The notes below the pieces were generated by a model, which searched no databases, was not told where the DNA came from, and was given only the letters and a program-made list of their open reading frames with translations. Positions 26,501 through 38,479 of a DNA stretch of 64,000 nt are shown here, piece after piece (position 1 is the stretch's first letter; each line of letters starts with the position of its first letter). This stretch comes from Amphiscolops sp. MND2022. Lineage: Eukaryota. The stretch lies in the NCBI GenBank assembly GCA_964187785.1, contig OZ076411.1, forward strand, positions 77,190,001 to 77,254,000, given 5' to 3'. The position numbers were made by a program, and so were the translations under genes.

Positions 26501-27738
26501 GACTAAGAGTCATAGCTTGCCATTCGGTTTCTTTTGAGCAAATATCGGGCTCGCATACTTGGAAAACGGGAGTGTTGTTAAAATCCCATATCGGTTGAGA
26601 AGTGCCAATTCTTCGAGGATGTCCTCTTTCAGATTAATTGGCGTCGGTAGGTTTTTACTATACGCCGGCGAATCGTCATTTGGCGTTATTTTCACTTTGA
26701 ACTCGTCATTCATGCCAATATCGAAGCGATGTCTGGCAAAGATGTGGTGATATTCGACCAGGAGGTCTTCGATCCGTTTGACTTCGTCTGGTTGGAGCAT
26801 AGATTCCGTCCAGTCGAAATTGCTTAAGAATTGTTGTGTAGACTCAAGATTTTTCTGTGGATTGAGTTTTTCAAGTTCCGGAAGGTTACGGAATTCGGAT
26901 GGGATTCGTTTTTGAATAGATGTGTGATGCTGAGGATCTTCAGGGTCTTCAAGTGTGGGAAACCAGTAACTTTCCTTGAAGTCCTCAGGTTTCGTGGGTT
27001 TATTAGGCTACTTGCATAATGAGCAACATTCTCAGGATTAGCTTGTAATGGGTGTCATGTGGTCACCGGGTCAATAGGTTTAACATATTTTATCTGTTTT
27101 GGTGTTAGGACAGTGAAATTTGCAACTTGCATACCTCTTTTGAGAGTGTATGGGGTGTCGGTGAAATTGTTCAGGTGAACTTCGACTTGACCATTGGTCA
27201 AAATGACCAGAGCAGCACAAAAGGCAATATCGCCATCATCGGTGAGTGTGTTGCTCGGTTGAATTATGCCAGTACCTGTAGTGTCCTTATACAGTTGTGG
27301 GGCCAGGAGGACTAGATGTCGATCATTAGGTGGGATGGTGACATCATCCCTAATGCAAATGGGTTCCATGACGTTGGTGTACTTATGATCCGCTGTTTTC
27401 AACTGCACAGAGAAAAAGGGGAAATTTAGAGCACCTTGTCTCATGTCCAGAATGGTGTTATTCCGTTGGAGGAATGAAAGGCCAAACAATGGGTTATTGA
27501 GTGTTTCCATAACGATAAATATCTCGTGAAGCTCTATGTCACCGACTTCAAATTTCAGTTCGACTGTGCTCTTCGGAGTTTCCAGCTGCCCATTAGCAAC
27601 CATGATATGCAAGTTGGGTGCCGGGCCTTCTTTGACAATAGACTGAGGGGCTAGTAGTCGGATTGTACATAATGGGATTGCGCTAGATAGTGCTCCCGTA
27701 TCTACAAGGCCATCCGAAGTTAGTTTACCGAAATCCAT
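23560..27738 (-). pseudogene. pol: pol of element B (aspartic protease, RT, RNase H, integrase), frameshifted
   Basis: PR LVDTGALSSAIP. RT YASPIFAQKKPNGKL and QYVDDVGVA. RH LMMDASFSAAGY...ILTDNK. IN MQIDIL...MDVFSRNLFAYP...LITDKGTAFTS, with a GPY-like motif near 24090. Confidence 0.93.
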
Positions 27739-28350
27739 TGGAAAATAGAGTATTGGTCGTTTATATTTGAGGCCGAGATTGGTTGTGAGCGGTACATAGT
27801 CTGGTCTCGCAGGTGACTAGTGTGTTCACAAAGCGCGCAGCAACTGCTGTAGCCAGAGAGATCTGTGGTCCCCCGCGGTGAATCCCGTTCTCTGGTTCAG
27901 GACCAGTTGTTTGGTGGGTGAATTGACATTTGCGTGGCCATAGGTCAACGCAGGCATTGACAAGGGTCGGATTTAGAGCATTATCAGTCTCAGGAGAATC
28001 CGGCTCTATGTTCTGCTGTTGTTTATCGAAACTGTCGTAGAATTAAAGGTGATGCTGATTGAAGGAATGAGTGTCTCAATAGGGGTCGAAACCATAGTCA
28101 GGGTCTCGGTAATAGGGGTTATAGTCATCTATAAGGGAAATGGGTCGGAAACTGGAATCTTGTTGTAGTTGGTTGGACGTGTGGTCCAAAGTGGTTGAGT
28201 AAGTAGGTGTATTGTTCATCTGCTGCTGCTAGTCAGTTGATGGTGTTTCTTTGAGCGTTGTATAATATTCAGTGTAGTATACGTTTGAAGGGTTAGATAT
28301 TATATACTGTATGACGTGAAGTTTTTCATTTATTTGGAGTCGTGGCGAAT

Positions 28351-29435
28351 CTAGTTTTTTCGGTGTTTTAAAATTGACGTTGTTTGTTTATTTGTTGCAT
28401 CCCCTTGACCGGTGGAGGTATACTCAGTTGTGGTGTCCTCCAGTTTGAGGTTTTTAGGCTTGAGGTGGACTCCGGCGCCTGGTACCTCTTTCCTTTTCAA
28501 TTTCCGGCATTCGTCTTTGGTATGTCCTGGTTTTTTGCAGTAATTGCAAGTGATTCCTTGGTCGATACCGGAAGAAAGGAGGCCATTACCCAGTCGTGTT
28601 GCTGTCGGGGCAGTGAGCATTGTTGGGACTGGAATGTCATCCCCTTCCTCAAGTCCATTGAGTTCTAGCTCTCGTTCTAAATGATTGACAATTTCCTGAT
28701 AAGTTGCATTTTCAAGTCTAGCCATATTGACTGAGCGTTTCAATTTCGGCGGCAATTTGGCATAGAGGAGCCTATCGATTATCGCCTGGCCGTTTTCGCC
28801 AAACACTTTTTCAGCTCCTTGATTATGTTCCTTAAGGAAGTCAGGCAGTTTCATGGTGCTTGGGTCATTTACCAGTCTGTGGCATTTGTGTTTGGCGGTC
28901 GCCTGGGACTCGGGTTCGACGTATTTCCTGCGAAATACGGCTAAGGAGTCCTCCAAAGTCTGCCTGTTTGCATTGTTGATATTCCGGAACGTTTGTAGAG
29001 CATTTTTGCGTAACAATGAAAGAAAGTGGTTTATTTCTATTGCTTCAGTCGAATAAGGCTGTATTTCAATCATTGTGTGAAAGAGATCTTCGAATAGTTC
29101 GAATTTCTCCGATTTGCCGTCAAACGTCAGTGTAGTCGTGCTGACTGGGCGTACCATCAGAGTTTGTGCTGATGGACGGTTATTCATACCGACCAATACA
29201 TCCGCAAAACAGTTAATGGGGTCTGAAGTGATAGTTTGGTTTGTAGTCTCAGGGACGTGAGTGACAGTTTCCTGAGACTCACCATTGTTGAACTTTTGGC
29301 GTTGCAGGGTTCTCGGAATTGCATGGGACGTCCAGTGAGGAACTCAGGAACCATATGTGGGGTAGGGTTGGCCCCTGTCACAATGTCGCGATTTTGTTCA
29401 CCTATGTAAGAGTCTACTAAACTCTCTCTAGACAT
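28351..29435 (-). pseudogene. gag: gag of element B (capsid plus zinc knuckle); N-terminal part continues upstream into the 5' LTR
   Basis: TFDGKSEKFELFEDLF capsid-like start. CNYCKKPGHTKDEC is a CX2CX4HX4C knuckle. ORF 29184-29435 crosses the LTR boundary. Confidence 0.88.
29372..29383 (-). promoter_or_regulatory. Probable degenerate primer-binding site of B (TTGTGACAGGGG, likely from TGGTGACAGG)
   Basis: Immediately follows the 5' LTR end ...CGCGACA. One substitution from the canonical TGG start. Priming tRNA not identified. Confidence 0.5.
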
Positions 29436-30086
29436 TTGTCCTTTGTTTTCCTGCGTAAAACACGTTTTGGTGCGATTATACCATGTTTTCTAGGTATTCT
29501 CAACTTCGGGATTCCGTTGTAGTCCACTGAACCTTTGGTCCACCACGGTGAAATTAGCCGTCCTCGGGCTCTCTTGTAGCCAGTTGGACCCTCGGTTCAT
29601 CACGGTGAAATTAGCCCCCCTGTGTATCTAGCGTTTTTTGGATAGAGGGAAGTACTTTCTCGGTTAATGCTGTTGTGATTGCGTCTTGTATCTGAGAGTT
29701 TAAGCTTGATTTGCTCTCAACAAGTTTTCTAGACATCTGATTGGAGACTTCTTCGCTAATCATTCTAGTTGTCTCGATGGTCATCTCGCTATTCTCCCTA
29801 CGATTTGTTTTAAGTTATGATCTAAAATCTTCTACAGCTAAGTTAAAACTTTGCTGAGGGCTGATGGACCCAGAGTCTAAATTCAATTCACTTTCACTTT
29901 GGTCATTTCTTTCTTCACCTCTAGAATAACTTCCTAACATTGTATCAACGTTTTCAACATTAGACATGATGTCCAATTGCCAAGAGCGTCTCTCTTTGGC
30001 TTTTTGGTTCCCAGTAAAAGGCCTTGAAGAAATGTTAGTATCTCTGTGGCAGATGCCAATCATCTTACATAAAAACAACATTGGTG

Positions 30087-30624
30087 ATTGCTGAAATTTC
30101 ATTACAAGAATTAATGAAACACTGCAAAGAGACATTTGACGTGAAGAGAAATAGATCATTGGATAGATTCCGTTTTCTATCAAGAAAACAAATGCCAGCA
30201 GAAACACTTGCGTAGTTCTGGCACTCCCTAAATGGAATGGCGGCAGAATGGACAAATAGAAAGTTTGGTCCATGATATATTCATTTTGAACATGCGAAAT
30301 TCGGCTGTACAAGAAAAATTATGTACAGAGCCCAAGAATACCCCAAAAGAAGCATTGGACTTCGCAATTGCATTTGAAGAGGGATCACTGCGACAGAAGT
30401 CGTATGGTGAAAATAAAGTGGAAATAAAAGCAGAGCCAATATGTTCAATGAATAAAAAGAAAAACTGCCTTCGCTGCGGAATGGAAAACTTCACAATGGA
30501 TCACTTAAAAGTGTGCCGAGCAAAAGGAAAACAGTGTAACCAATGTGGCATGACGGGTCATTTCGGAAAAGTTTGCAGACGTGCTCGAAATAAAAAAAAC
30601 AAAAAGAACCACCACGAAGAGTAA
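30087..30624 (+). pseudogene. gag: gag of element E, 5'-deleted, with zinc knuckles
   Basis: ESLVHDIFILNMRNSAVQEKL capsid-like region. CLRCG...HLKVC and CNQCGMTGHFGKVC (CX2CX4HX4C). Confidence 0.85.
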
Positions 30625-33600
30625 ACTGGACAGAAGAAGATGATAAACAAAAATCAGAAGATGAAGACACAAATGAAGAACAATATGTACTTGGCATCGA
30701 TGGAAGCGGATCACCACCCTTGATGATGAAAGGCAAAATAAACCGCAAAAAGTTCTGTCTGATTATCGACTCAGGATCACCAGTAACTATCATTAGCCGC
30801 GACGAACTGCAGAAAATCCTACAATATGATGTACTGTTCATCAGACCATTACCCGAAGACGAGAATTACGTAGATTTCAACAAGCGGCCAGTCACCTTAC
30901 TTGGATACATATTTTGTGAGTTAGAAGTGGGCGGAAAATACATAAGAAAGGCGCGAATCTTGGTAGCAAAACCAGGAACAAAATCAATCGTGGGCCGCGA
31001 CTGGTTGAACTACCTCCAATACGCCATTGAACCAAAAACAAAGGGTAAGTCAATAAATTCAATAAATACCATTAGTAAAGAAACAAAAAGCCCACCAAAA
31101 AAGTGGACAGTGGAAATGAATTCAAAATTTCATGAATTGTTCGAAAGAGGAGGCAGGATCAAGCATCACGAAATCCATGCACGATTACACGAAAATGCAG
31201 TAATAAAACAGCAAAAAGGGCGACGAATACCCATCCAATTGCAAGAACCAGTAAAGCGTGAAATATGTCGCCTACTCAAAGAAGGCCACATAGTAAAGGT
31301 TGGTGAAATAAAAGAAGACGTGTTTCTACAACCTACAGTCATAACAGTGAAGAAAGATCGCAGTGTAAAAATCGCACTGGACACGAGAGAACTCAATAAA
31401 AACGTCATAAAGGACAAATATCCGATGCCAAACCTGGAAAATCTAATGGATATGATAGCAGAACAGGTTGGTACAGAAAAAACAGGAAAGACGTACTTCA
31501 CATCACTGGACCTGACGTACGCTTATGGACAAGTTGAACTCAGCTCAGACACTTCAAAACACTGCAACTTCCAAATAATTGGCGGCGAAGCGACGGGAGT
31601 GTACAGATTCGTGACTGGATTCTATTGATTAACACCAATGCCAACTGAGTTCCAAAGAATAATGGACCTAACACTCGCAGGTATTTCAAATACATTCGCA
31701 TTTTTTGACGACATTTTAATTGTCACCCACGGAACAGAAGAGGAACATATTCAAAAAGTAGAAGAAGTTCTAAAAAGACTAGACGAAGCAAACGTCAATC
31801 TAAAACTTGGAAAGTGCAACTTTGCCGCGAGTGAAATCGATTGGGTTGGATATAAACTATCACAAGAAGGCGTCGCATCGATAAACAGTAAAGTACAAGG
31901 CATCTCTGACAGATTAAAACCCACAAATCTAAAACAATTAAGATCGTACTTGGGAGCCGTAAACCAGCTAAACAAATTCATCCCCAATTTGGCAAGTATC
32001 TGCTACCCATTCAGAACATTTTTAAAGAAGGACACAAACTGGGAGTGGAACAAAGAACACGATAAAGCTTTCGAACAAATCAAAAACAAAATAAAAACCG
32101 TAACAATTCTAAATCATTTCAAACGTGATTGCCCATTACGCATCATCTGTGATGCCAGCAAAGCTGGATTAGGCGCTCTACTCCAGCAAGAAAAAATTGG
32201 CGAATGGCAACCACTATCGGTCGCATCACGATTTTTAACTGAATTGGAATCAAAATATTCCATAAATGAGCTTGAACTACTAGCCATAGTATGGTCCGTA
32301 GAATACTTCCGCAGCTACGTGTACGGAGTACCATTCAAAATAATTTCAGACCACAAAGCATTGTCCACAATACTAAAGGGACAAAAAGGAAACAAAACGT
32401 ATTCCAGCAGACTCACACGTTGGGTCGATCGACTTTTACCTTTTGATTTTGAAGTCATACACGGACCAGGTAGGACATTAGGCATAGCAGATTACTTATC
32501 TCGTAACCCAGCCATTCATAACGAAAGCTCAATAAACGCAAAAACATTATGGGATGAATGGTCCACAGTTAATATTGTTTCAGAAATGAAGACAAATCTA
32601 CTGATGAATCGCAACGCAATTCGCGGCGAACGGCAGCCAATCAGAAACGAGAATTCCGCCGCGGATCAAAAAGGTGAACAAAGCAGCAGCGACGCCGCGA
32701 ACGGATTAAAACAAACAATTAAGAACGCACTCAACGAAAACAATTTCGAAATGACCGAAAGAGAACGCGAAGAGCAACAACTACAAGCCTTCGCAATAAA
32801 ACCACCAATAAAAAGGCCAATCACTTCAGCCTTGTTAGACAAAAATTCAAATACCCCTCTAAAATCAAGCATTCGAAAAATCGGGGAAAACATTCTCGCT
32901 GGAACCTACGAATCGGACCAAACCCTCCAAAAATTTATCAAATTACTACAACATTACGACGAAAAACAATTCAAAAAGCTCCCAAAGGTATGGCAAAATC
33001 GCTTCAATGAACTTAGCTTAGACGAAAATATTTTCATTTACGTCGACGAGAGACTAGTCATACCCGAAGAATTACGAAGACCCATCTTCAGAAGCCTCCA
33101 CTGGGGCCACCCCGGAAGAGATTGGATGCTACAAGCCGTTGCAGACATCTGGTGGCCGCAAATACATCGAGAGATAGTTCTGCTAGCGCAAACATGCAAC
33201 CAGTGCAAAGATTCAGGTAAAAATTTAAAAACAATAAAATCACAATCAAGTTTTGGAAAATTAACCGCCGCGGAAGCTTTCAACGACGAATTAGCTTTAG
33301 ACTTCGCCGGACGATTTAAAATAGCGCCCAAAAATACACAATACTTACTAGTCGCTATAGACCATAAAACCGGATGGCCAAGTGCGTCGTTTGCAAATAG
33401 ACCTACCGCAGAAAAAGTAAAAGAATTCCTTAACGAACATAACGCCCAAAATGGCATTCCAAAAAGAATTAGAACAGACCCCGCCACAATATTTCGAGGC
33501 GAAAAATTCAAAACATTCTGTAAAAATCTCTTCATTTCACACGTTGAATGTCCAATCAGAGACCACCGCGGAAACGGTAAAGTAGAAAGACTAATCCGCA

Positions 33601-34553
33601 CTATAAACGAACGCATCAGTGCAGAAAAGACGATAAATACCGAAAAGGGGAACGCTGGTTTAAATCGCCTCCTATTCGCCCTACGCACCGCCGCGACAAC
33701 CAATGGGAGCAGCCTATTCGAAAACGTGTTTGGACAAAAACCAAACACCATAAAGAAAATAATAATAGAAAAACCAAAACACTGTTTAGAGAACGACAGC
33801 ACACTACAACTCTCACCCGAAGACTTCCAAAAAGACACTGACTCCACACAATTCTGATGAGGAACAGAACAAAAAACACAAAGCTGGAAAGCCACTTCAA
33901 AAAAAAACACGCATAGTGAGTGAAAGCGACGACACAATTACAATGGACTCCAAACGAGGAAGACAAATTATCTCAAAACGAGATATTGCAAAAGAAAAAC
34001 AAAAGAGCACATCACAAGGCCAAAAACAACACGACAAAGAGGAGACCGCATATCACTTGAAAGAAAAATTGATGCACTAAAGGAAGCCGAACGAACTATG
34101 AAACCCACACCAACCAACAAACCAAAATTCACCGCGACAACACCAACAAGTGAACACAGATCACCCAGAAAACAGGCAAAACCACGCCGGTCACTAGCCG
34201 GACCACCTGAAAAACAAAGAGAAAACATTAAAATACTGGAAACATCATCAGACGAAGAAGAACCAGAGCCAGAAAATAAACAAAACAACAAAAACGAAAA
34301 AGAAGAAAACAACCAAACAACATAAACACCCGAAAACATGGACACAACCACAAGATCGAGCCAAAGAACAAAGAAAAAGCCAAATTGGTACAGTCAAAAT
34401 GTAATGGTACAAAAAGTAGAAAAACAACCAGAAGGCGAGGTAGATGATAAAAGCAAAACGAAAACAGAAGAAGACCTCAGACGGGAATTAGAAGCTATCC
34501 CAAACTTCCTGGAAGTGACGCCCGAAGAAATCCAAAACTGGATCAACGAATAA
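30600..34553 (+). pseudogene. pol: pol of element E (PR-RT-RH-IN), nearly intact
   Basis: PR IIDSGSPVTII. RT FTSLDLTYAYGQ and AFFDDILIV. RH IICDASKAGLG...ELELLAIVW...ISDHKAL. IN H..HPG...C..C, LDFAG, IRTDPA, GKVERLIRT. One in-frame TGA (31626-31628) where the usual GFYGL Gly is expected, and an apparent 2-bp insertion near 33845-33850. Confidence 0.95.
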
Positions 34554-34749
34554 AACTTAAACAAAAAACAAAAACTCCCTTAGCCAACTAGTGCTAAACT
34601 TTTTAGTTCCAAATTAACCCATCGGTGCTAACCCATTGTGTTAATTAACATGTAATCATGTAGCAGTACCATATATATAGTCGTACTGAAAACCTACATA
34701 AACTGATCAGTTAAAAACCCCAAACTTAAAAAATAAAAAGAAGGGGAAG

Positions 34750-34952
34750 TGTGGCAGATGCCAATCATCTTACATAAAAACAACATTGGTGCTAACATTC
34801 AATTAAACCAATTACATAACATTACGTAATGTACCTGCTTGAAAGAGTTGTCGAAACGACTCAACATAAAAACATTGCAGACAGTTGCCTTTGTGAATTA
34901 CAGTATCGTTATTGAATTGAAGTTTGTTACGCCCAAGTTTTAACCCATAACA
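34750..34952 (+). repeat. 3' LTR of element E
   Basis: TGTGGCAG...CCCATAACA; its first 42 bp are identical to 30045-30086. Confidence 0.93.
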
Positions 34953-37900
34953 ATCTCAAGAGTGAATTATGAGATTACAAAAAAATGAACAAAACATCAA
35001 GTGTAACCAAATGCATAGATTTATCTGAACAGAATGAAACAGAAAGCAACTCGTTTGCAATCGTGATATTTCTTAAAAGATCCTGGAACCATCAGTCCCC
35101 CCAATTTATAGTCTGAGAGGGTAGAGAGCCCAAAATTTGCGTGTCATGTTACTACTTTTAGACACGAAATACTAAAAATAGCACACATTTGAGGTTGTTA
35201 TAGTGACGTCATTTCATCGAAGAGATACTTACCGGTTAAGGCGATGAGATGAAACAATATGTAACAAAATTTCATATTCATAACTGATACTAATCTGCAA
35301 CTTTTCATGTTATATAAATGTAAAATTACATGTTAGCACTGCAATTAACTGTAGCGTACTTTAGGTCTGCGCGGCTACATTCAAAAACTGCGCTGGTGGT
35401 GCTGCGTACTATTTCCATCGCGGCAGACATTCAGTCCGCGGAGCTACAGCAAATAACTGCGTTTTGATTGGTCATTAGGACCGGTGAGGCGTGTACATTT
35501 GATTAGTGAATGAATTCATTCGAACTCGTTTCCTTCGGTATTGCACATACATACTAATTGTCCGCGTATTAATTTACTGCACTTTTACATAGTAAAACAA
35601 TATGACTGCAGCTTTTCGGTATAACAGACACAGATTAGATTGCACATCAAATTATAACACATTTCATCTTAATAAAATAAAAAGTTGTTGTGGCTGTTCG
35701 GACTGAGTGTCCTATCAGTTTATATTGGCAGAACTCCTGGAGGGGGACTTTTATTATCCCTTTCCAATAATATTTGATATTAGTTGCCGTCACAGGCAAC
35801 AGCCTGTGACATTAATGGTATCGTATTTACGGATACAGCGACGTGATCTAAATGTATATTGAGCGTGGTAAGAGATAGGTACTGAAAGACCCAATTTTGA
35901 GGTAATTTTTCTTTGAGAAGCGTCCATTGCTGTCGTGAACAGCTTTTGTAACAGAGGAAAAGTGGTGGGATCGTTAATGTTAGTGTTTTAGCCATATTGG
36001 GTTAGTTTTGAAGACTTGAATTAGAAATGGAAATTTTTCATGTTTGGCAATAAGAGAACTGTTCCGAAGCACAGCAGAGATAGTGATTATAGGAACGACC
36101 TTGAGGATGAGTGAAACGATTAGAGGTAGTATCATATAATAAGATTGGAGCTTAGCTCTAAATTGAGGGCCACGTTTAGGATTTTTATCAAGCATAGTAC
36201 GTATTTGGAACGGAGTGTTGAGGGGATTCGTAGTTAGTGGCATGATTCTACTATATATCAAAACACGGTAGTAAAGCATATCATACTTCGTTTTGTGGAA
36301 CGACATCGAAATCGATGGTTACATTGAGATTAGTAGGCAGTGGTGTAGGAGGGGAGAGTGGGGTGTTTTGAGAAATTTGGAGGTAGGATTATGAGGAGTG
36401 ACGGCTGTCAATTCAGAATTTGCAGTAGAATTTTGAGATTGTGTATTATCATTAGAGTTATGATTTGAAGTTGAGTTTGTGGCATCGTGGGTTTACGTTG
36501 GATGTGGAGGCTTTTAACAATTTGTAGATGTAGTTCTGAAACATTTTAATTCAGAGAGTTGTTAGTTTGAAGAGAGAAGCAATACTTATAAAAAGTTATG
36601 TTAAGTTATGTAAAGTTATGTTAAAAAGTGCAGCGCTTAAGTTTATGTTGCAGTTTTTGTTCCTATAAGTTTGAGAACGAAACGTTCAGATGAATGCAAA
36701 GACTCCATTGAAGAGCGCAAGTAATTAGTGGACAAACAAGAGCGAAAATGATAATGGAAGTTTCGGAGAAGCAAAGCTACAGAAAAAGTGGATTTTTGAT
36801 GGACTATCAGAATTTTGGGTAAATTTACAGTAGTTAGTGGGCTTTATCAATCGATGGTGGAGTGTGGGGGGGGGTTAGTTTGGTTGTTGTTAATGAGAGA
36901 AATTAGGAAGAGTTTCAAACAGAACTTCATATACAGAGTTAAAATTTTTGAAAAAGGTTTGTGCGATTTTAATGAAGCTAATTCGTGACGTTGGTTTGGA
37001 GTGAACGTGTTCAGTTGGTTGTTATTTTGGTGGAAGAGTTAATGATGACGAAGAGTTAATGGTAAATAGGGGGAGTATTATCGTTGTTTAGAGTTTAGAG
37101 GTAGAACTCATTCTGATTTAAGCCTTGGAATTCTCTTTTTTAACCTAAATACTTCGTTCTCAACAACTCTATGGGTTTTTGTTTCCAAATTTTAGGAAAT
37201 TTGGAGTGTCGGAACAGTTATCAGAATCAGAGACAACGATGTTGAGTAAGAGTGCCAAAAATCATCCATGTAAAGAGAGAAGTTTTTGATTCTAGTTTGA
37301 TTTTCTGATCTATGATTTGCTGATGCACTTGATTCCGGTGTCACAATTTCTCTTGAAGAAGTTTAGAATGTCTTTCAAAGTCGTAGTAGTCTTTGTATCT
37401 TTTTGACTGTTTACAGGTCCAACTCTGAGATTGGCGTGAAATTGGTTGATCTCGACTTCCTCTGTGAATTTTGGTTGGGTTGCACGCGCAACGTTGTATG
37501 AAAGAAATCTTCAATGTAACGTCTGGTAGTCGGCGAACGAAAAGTTCAAAATTTCTAAAGAATTTTGAAAATGTGCGATAGTATAAAGAATAAATCAAGA
37601 TGGCTGACCTGGCAGGTACTTGAAAGCAGGCAGGAAGACAAAAAAAGACAGACCATCCCCACTCCCAGCCCCAGAGAGAACACCCTGTCATAGAAGTATC
37701 CCCGAAAACGCCCTACGGTGCCACCCCCCTCGGGAGACGTCCCAGCTAACAGCAGAACTCGAAGAATGGCCCTAGAGCTGAAGAAACTGAGAAGTTTGCA
37801 TGTTTTGCTTGTGCCAACTCGCAAGTCCCAGTCTTGCTGACACTGACGCCTGATGTTTCTTCAGTCTGTTGTACCGTATTTGTGGTTTTTGCAGGTATTT

Positions 37901-38479
37901 GGTGATGTTTGACCTAGTATGCCTCTATTTTAGATCTTACTCCCTCAGTAAAATGTAGTTTAGCTAAACACCTGTTTTCAGACCTCAGGAGTATGTAGGA
38001 AGTCGCAGAAACTTTAGGATACGTTTTTACAGACTTGCGGGACGTGTCCGGACTTTGAGAAAGCCGACACGTCGCCTCGGAGCTCTAACTGAGGAGCCTC
38101 CTTTGACGCATGAAAAGTCCCCTTATATAATGTCTATGTATAGTCTTCTAGAGTTGTAGATGCTTATTCTCCCTCGCATCCGCCCCAGGGCATCAGCACA
38201 ACTGTGTGATTGTGACAGTGTAAACCTTCATTCGCACATGTTATTGTTTAATACTTTATACACACGACCGTTCAAACAGTTAATATAGATATATACAAAA
38301 GAATAATACTGAAACTGAAACGTCATGAAAACTACCAAGAATAAACAGTGAAACTGACCAAGATACTGATGAAACTCCTGAAGATCAGTGTTTGTTGGAA
38401 GCTAAACCTCCATTGATCAAAAAGCACAGATAGGTTAAAACAACGCGCGCGTTTTGTGCAAAATTGGTATTTCGTTCAC

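Larger units (their letters stand above)
30045..34952 (+). mobile_element. Element E: nested Ty3/Gypsy LTR retrotransposon with a truncated 5' LTR
   Basis: TSD ATCTC at 30040-30044 and 34953-34957. 3' LTR 34750-34952 (TG...CA, 203 bp) preceded by PPT AAAAAGAAGGGGAAG. Only 42 bp of the 5' LTR remain (30045-30086). Confidence 0.95.
15842..35811 (-). mobile_element. Element B: full-length Ty3/Gypsy LTR retrotransposon, ~14.6 kb without its two nested inserts
   Basis: TG...CA termini. 5-bp TSD TTAAT at 15837-15841 and 35812-35816. Two ~1.5-kb LTRs. gag-PR-RT-RH-IN order. PPT next to the 3' LTR. Confidence 0.92.
29384..35811 (-). repeat. 5' LTR of element B (1515 bp net), split by element E
   Basis: Matches the 3' LTR on both sides of the 30045-34952 insertion (GAAATGTTAGTATCTC | AAGAGTG versus GAAATGTCAGTTTCTCAAGAGTG). 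Confidence 0.9.
13100..38270 (-). mobile_element. Element C: heavily decayed LTR retroelement relic, interrupted by element B at TTAAT (pieces about 13100-15841 and 35812-38270); outer boundaries approximate
   Basis: Removing B plus one TTAAT restores an open minus frame (LSLTTLNIHLDHVAVSVNTIP-LN-KYSLSLLTIRPLVRFLYLKYQFLRDDFFFP). Same strand-skewed composition on both sides. ORF relics 35980-36306 and 37341-37691. TATA-containing LTR-like segment at about 37850-38270. Confidence 0.5.

Noticed and set aside
29372-29383. Tf1-style self-priming, because the PBS (TGTGACA) is complementary to the LTR start (TGTCACA)
   Set aside because: The complementary sequence is in U3, upstream of the TATA box, so it would not be at the transcript 5' end. 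A one-base-mutated tRNA PBS is the simpler explanation.
33038-34351. Long minus-strand ORFs (299, 116, 127 aa) as an antisense gene in element E
   Set aside because: They are shadows of the A/C-rich pol strand, which gives few stops on the reverse strand; no motifs or splice pattern.
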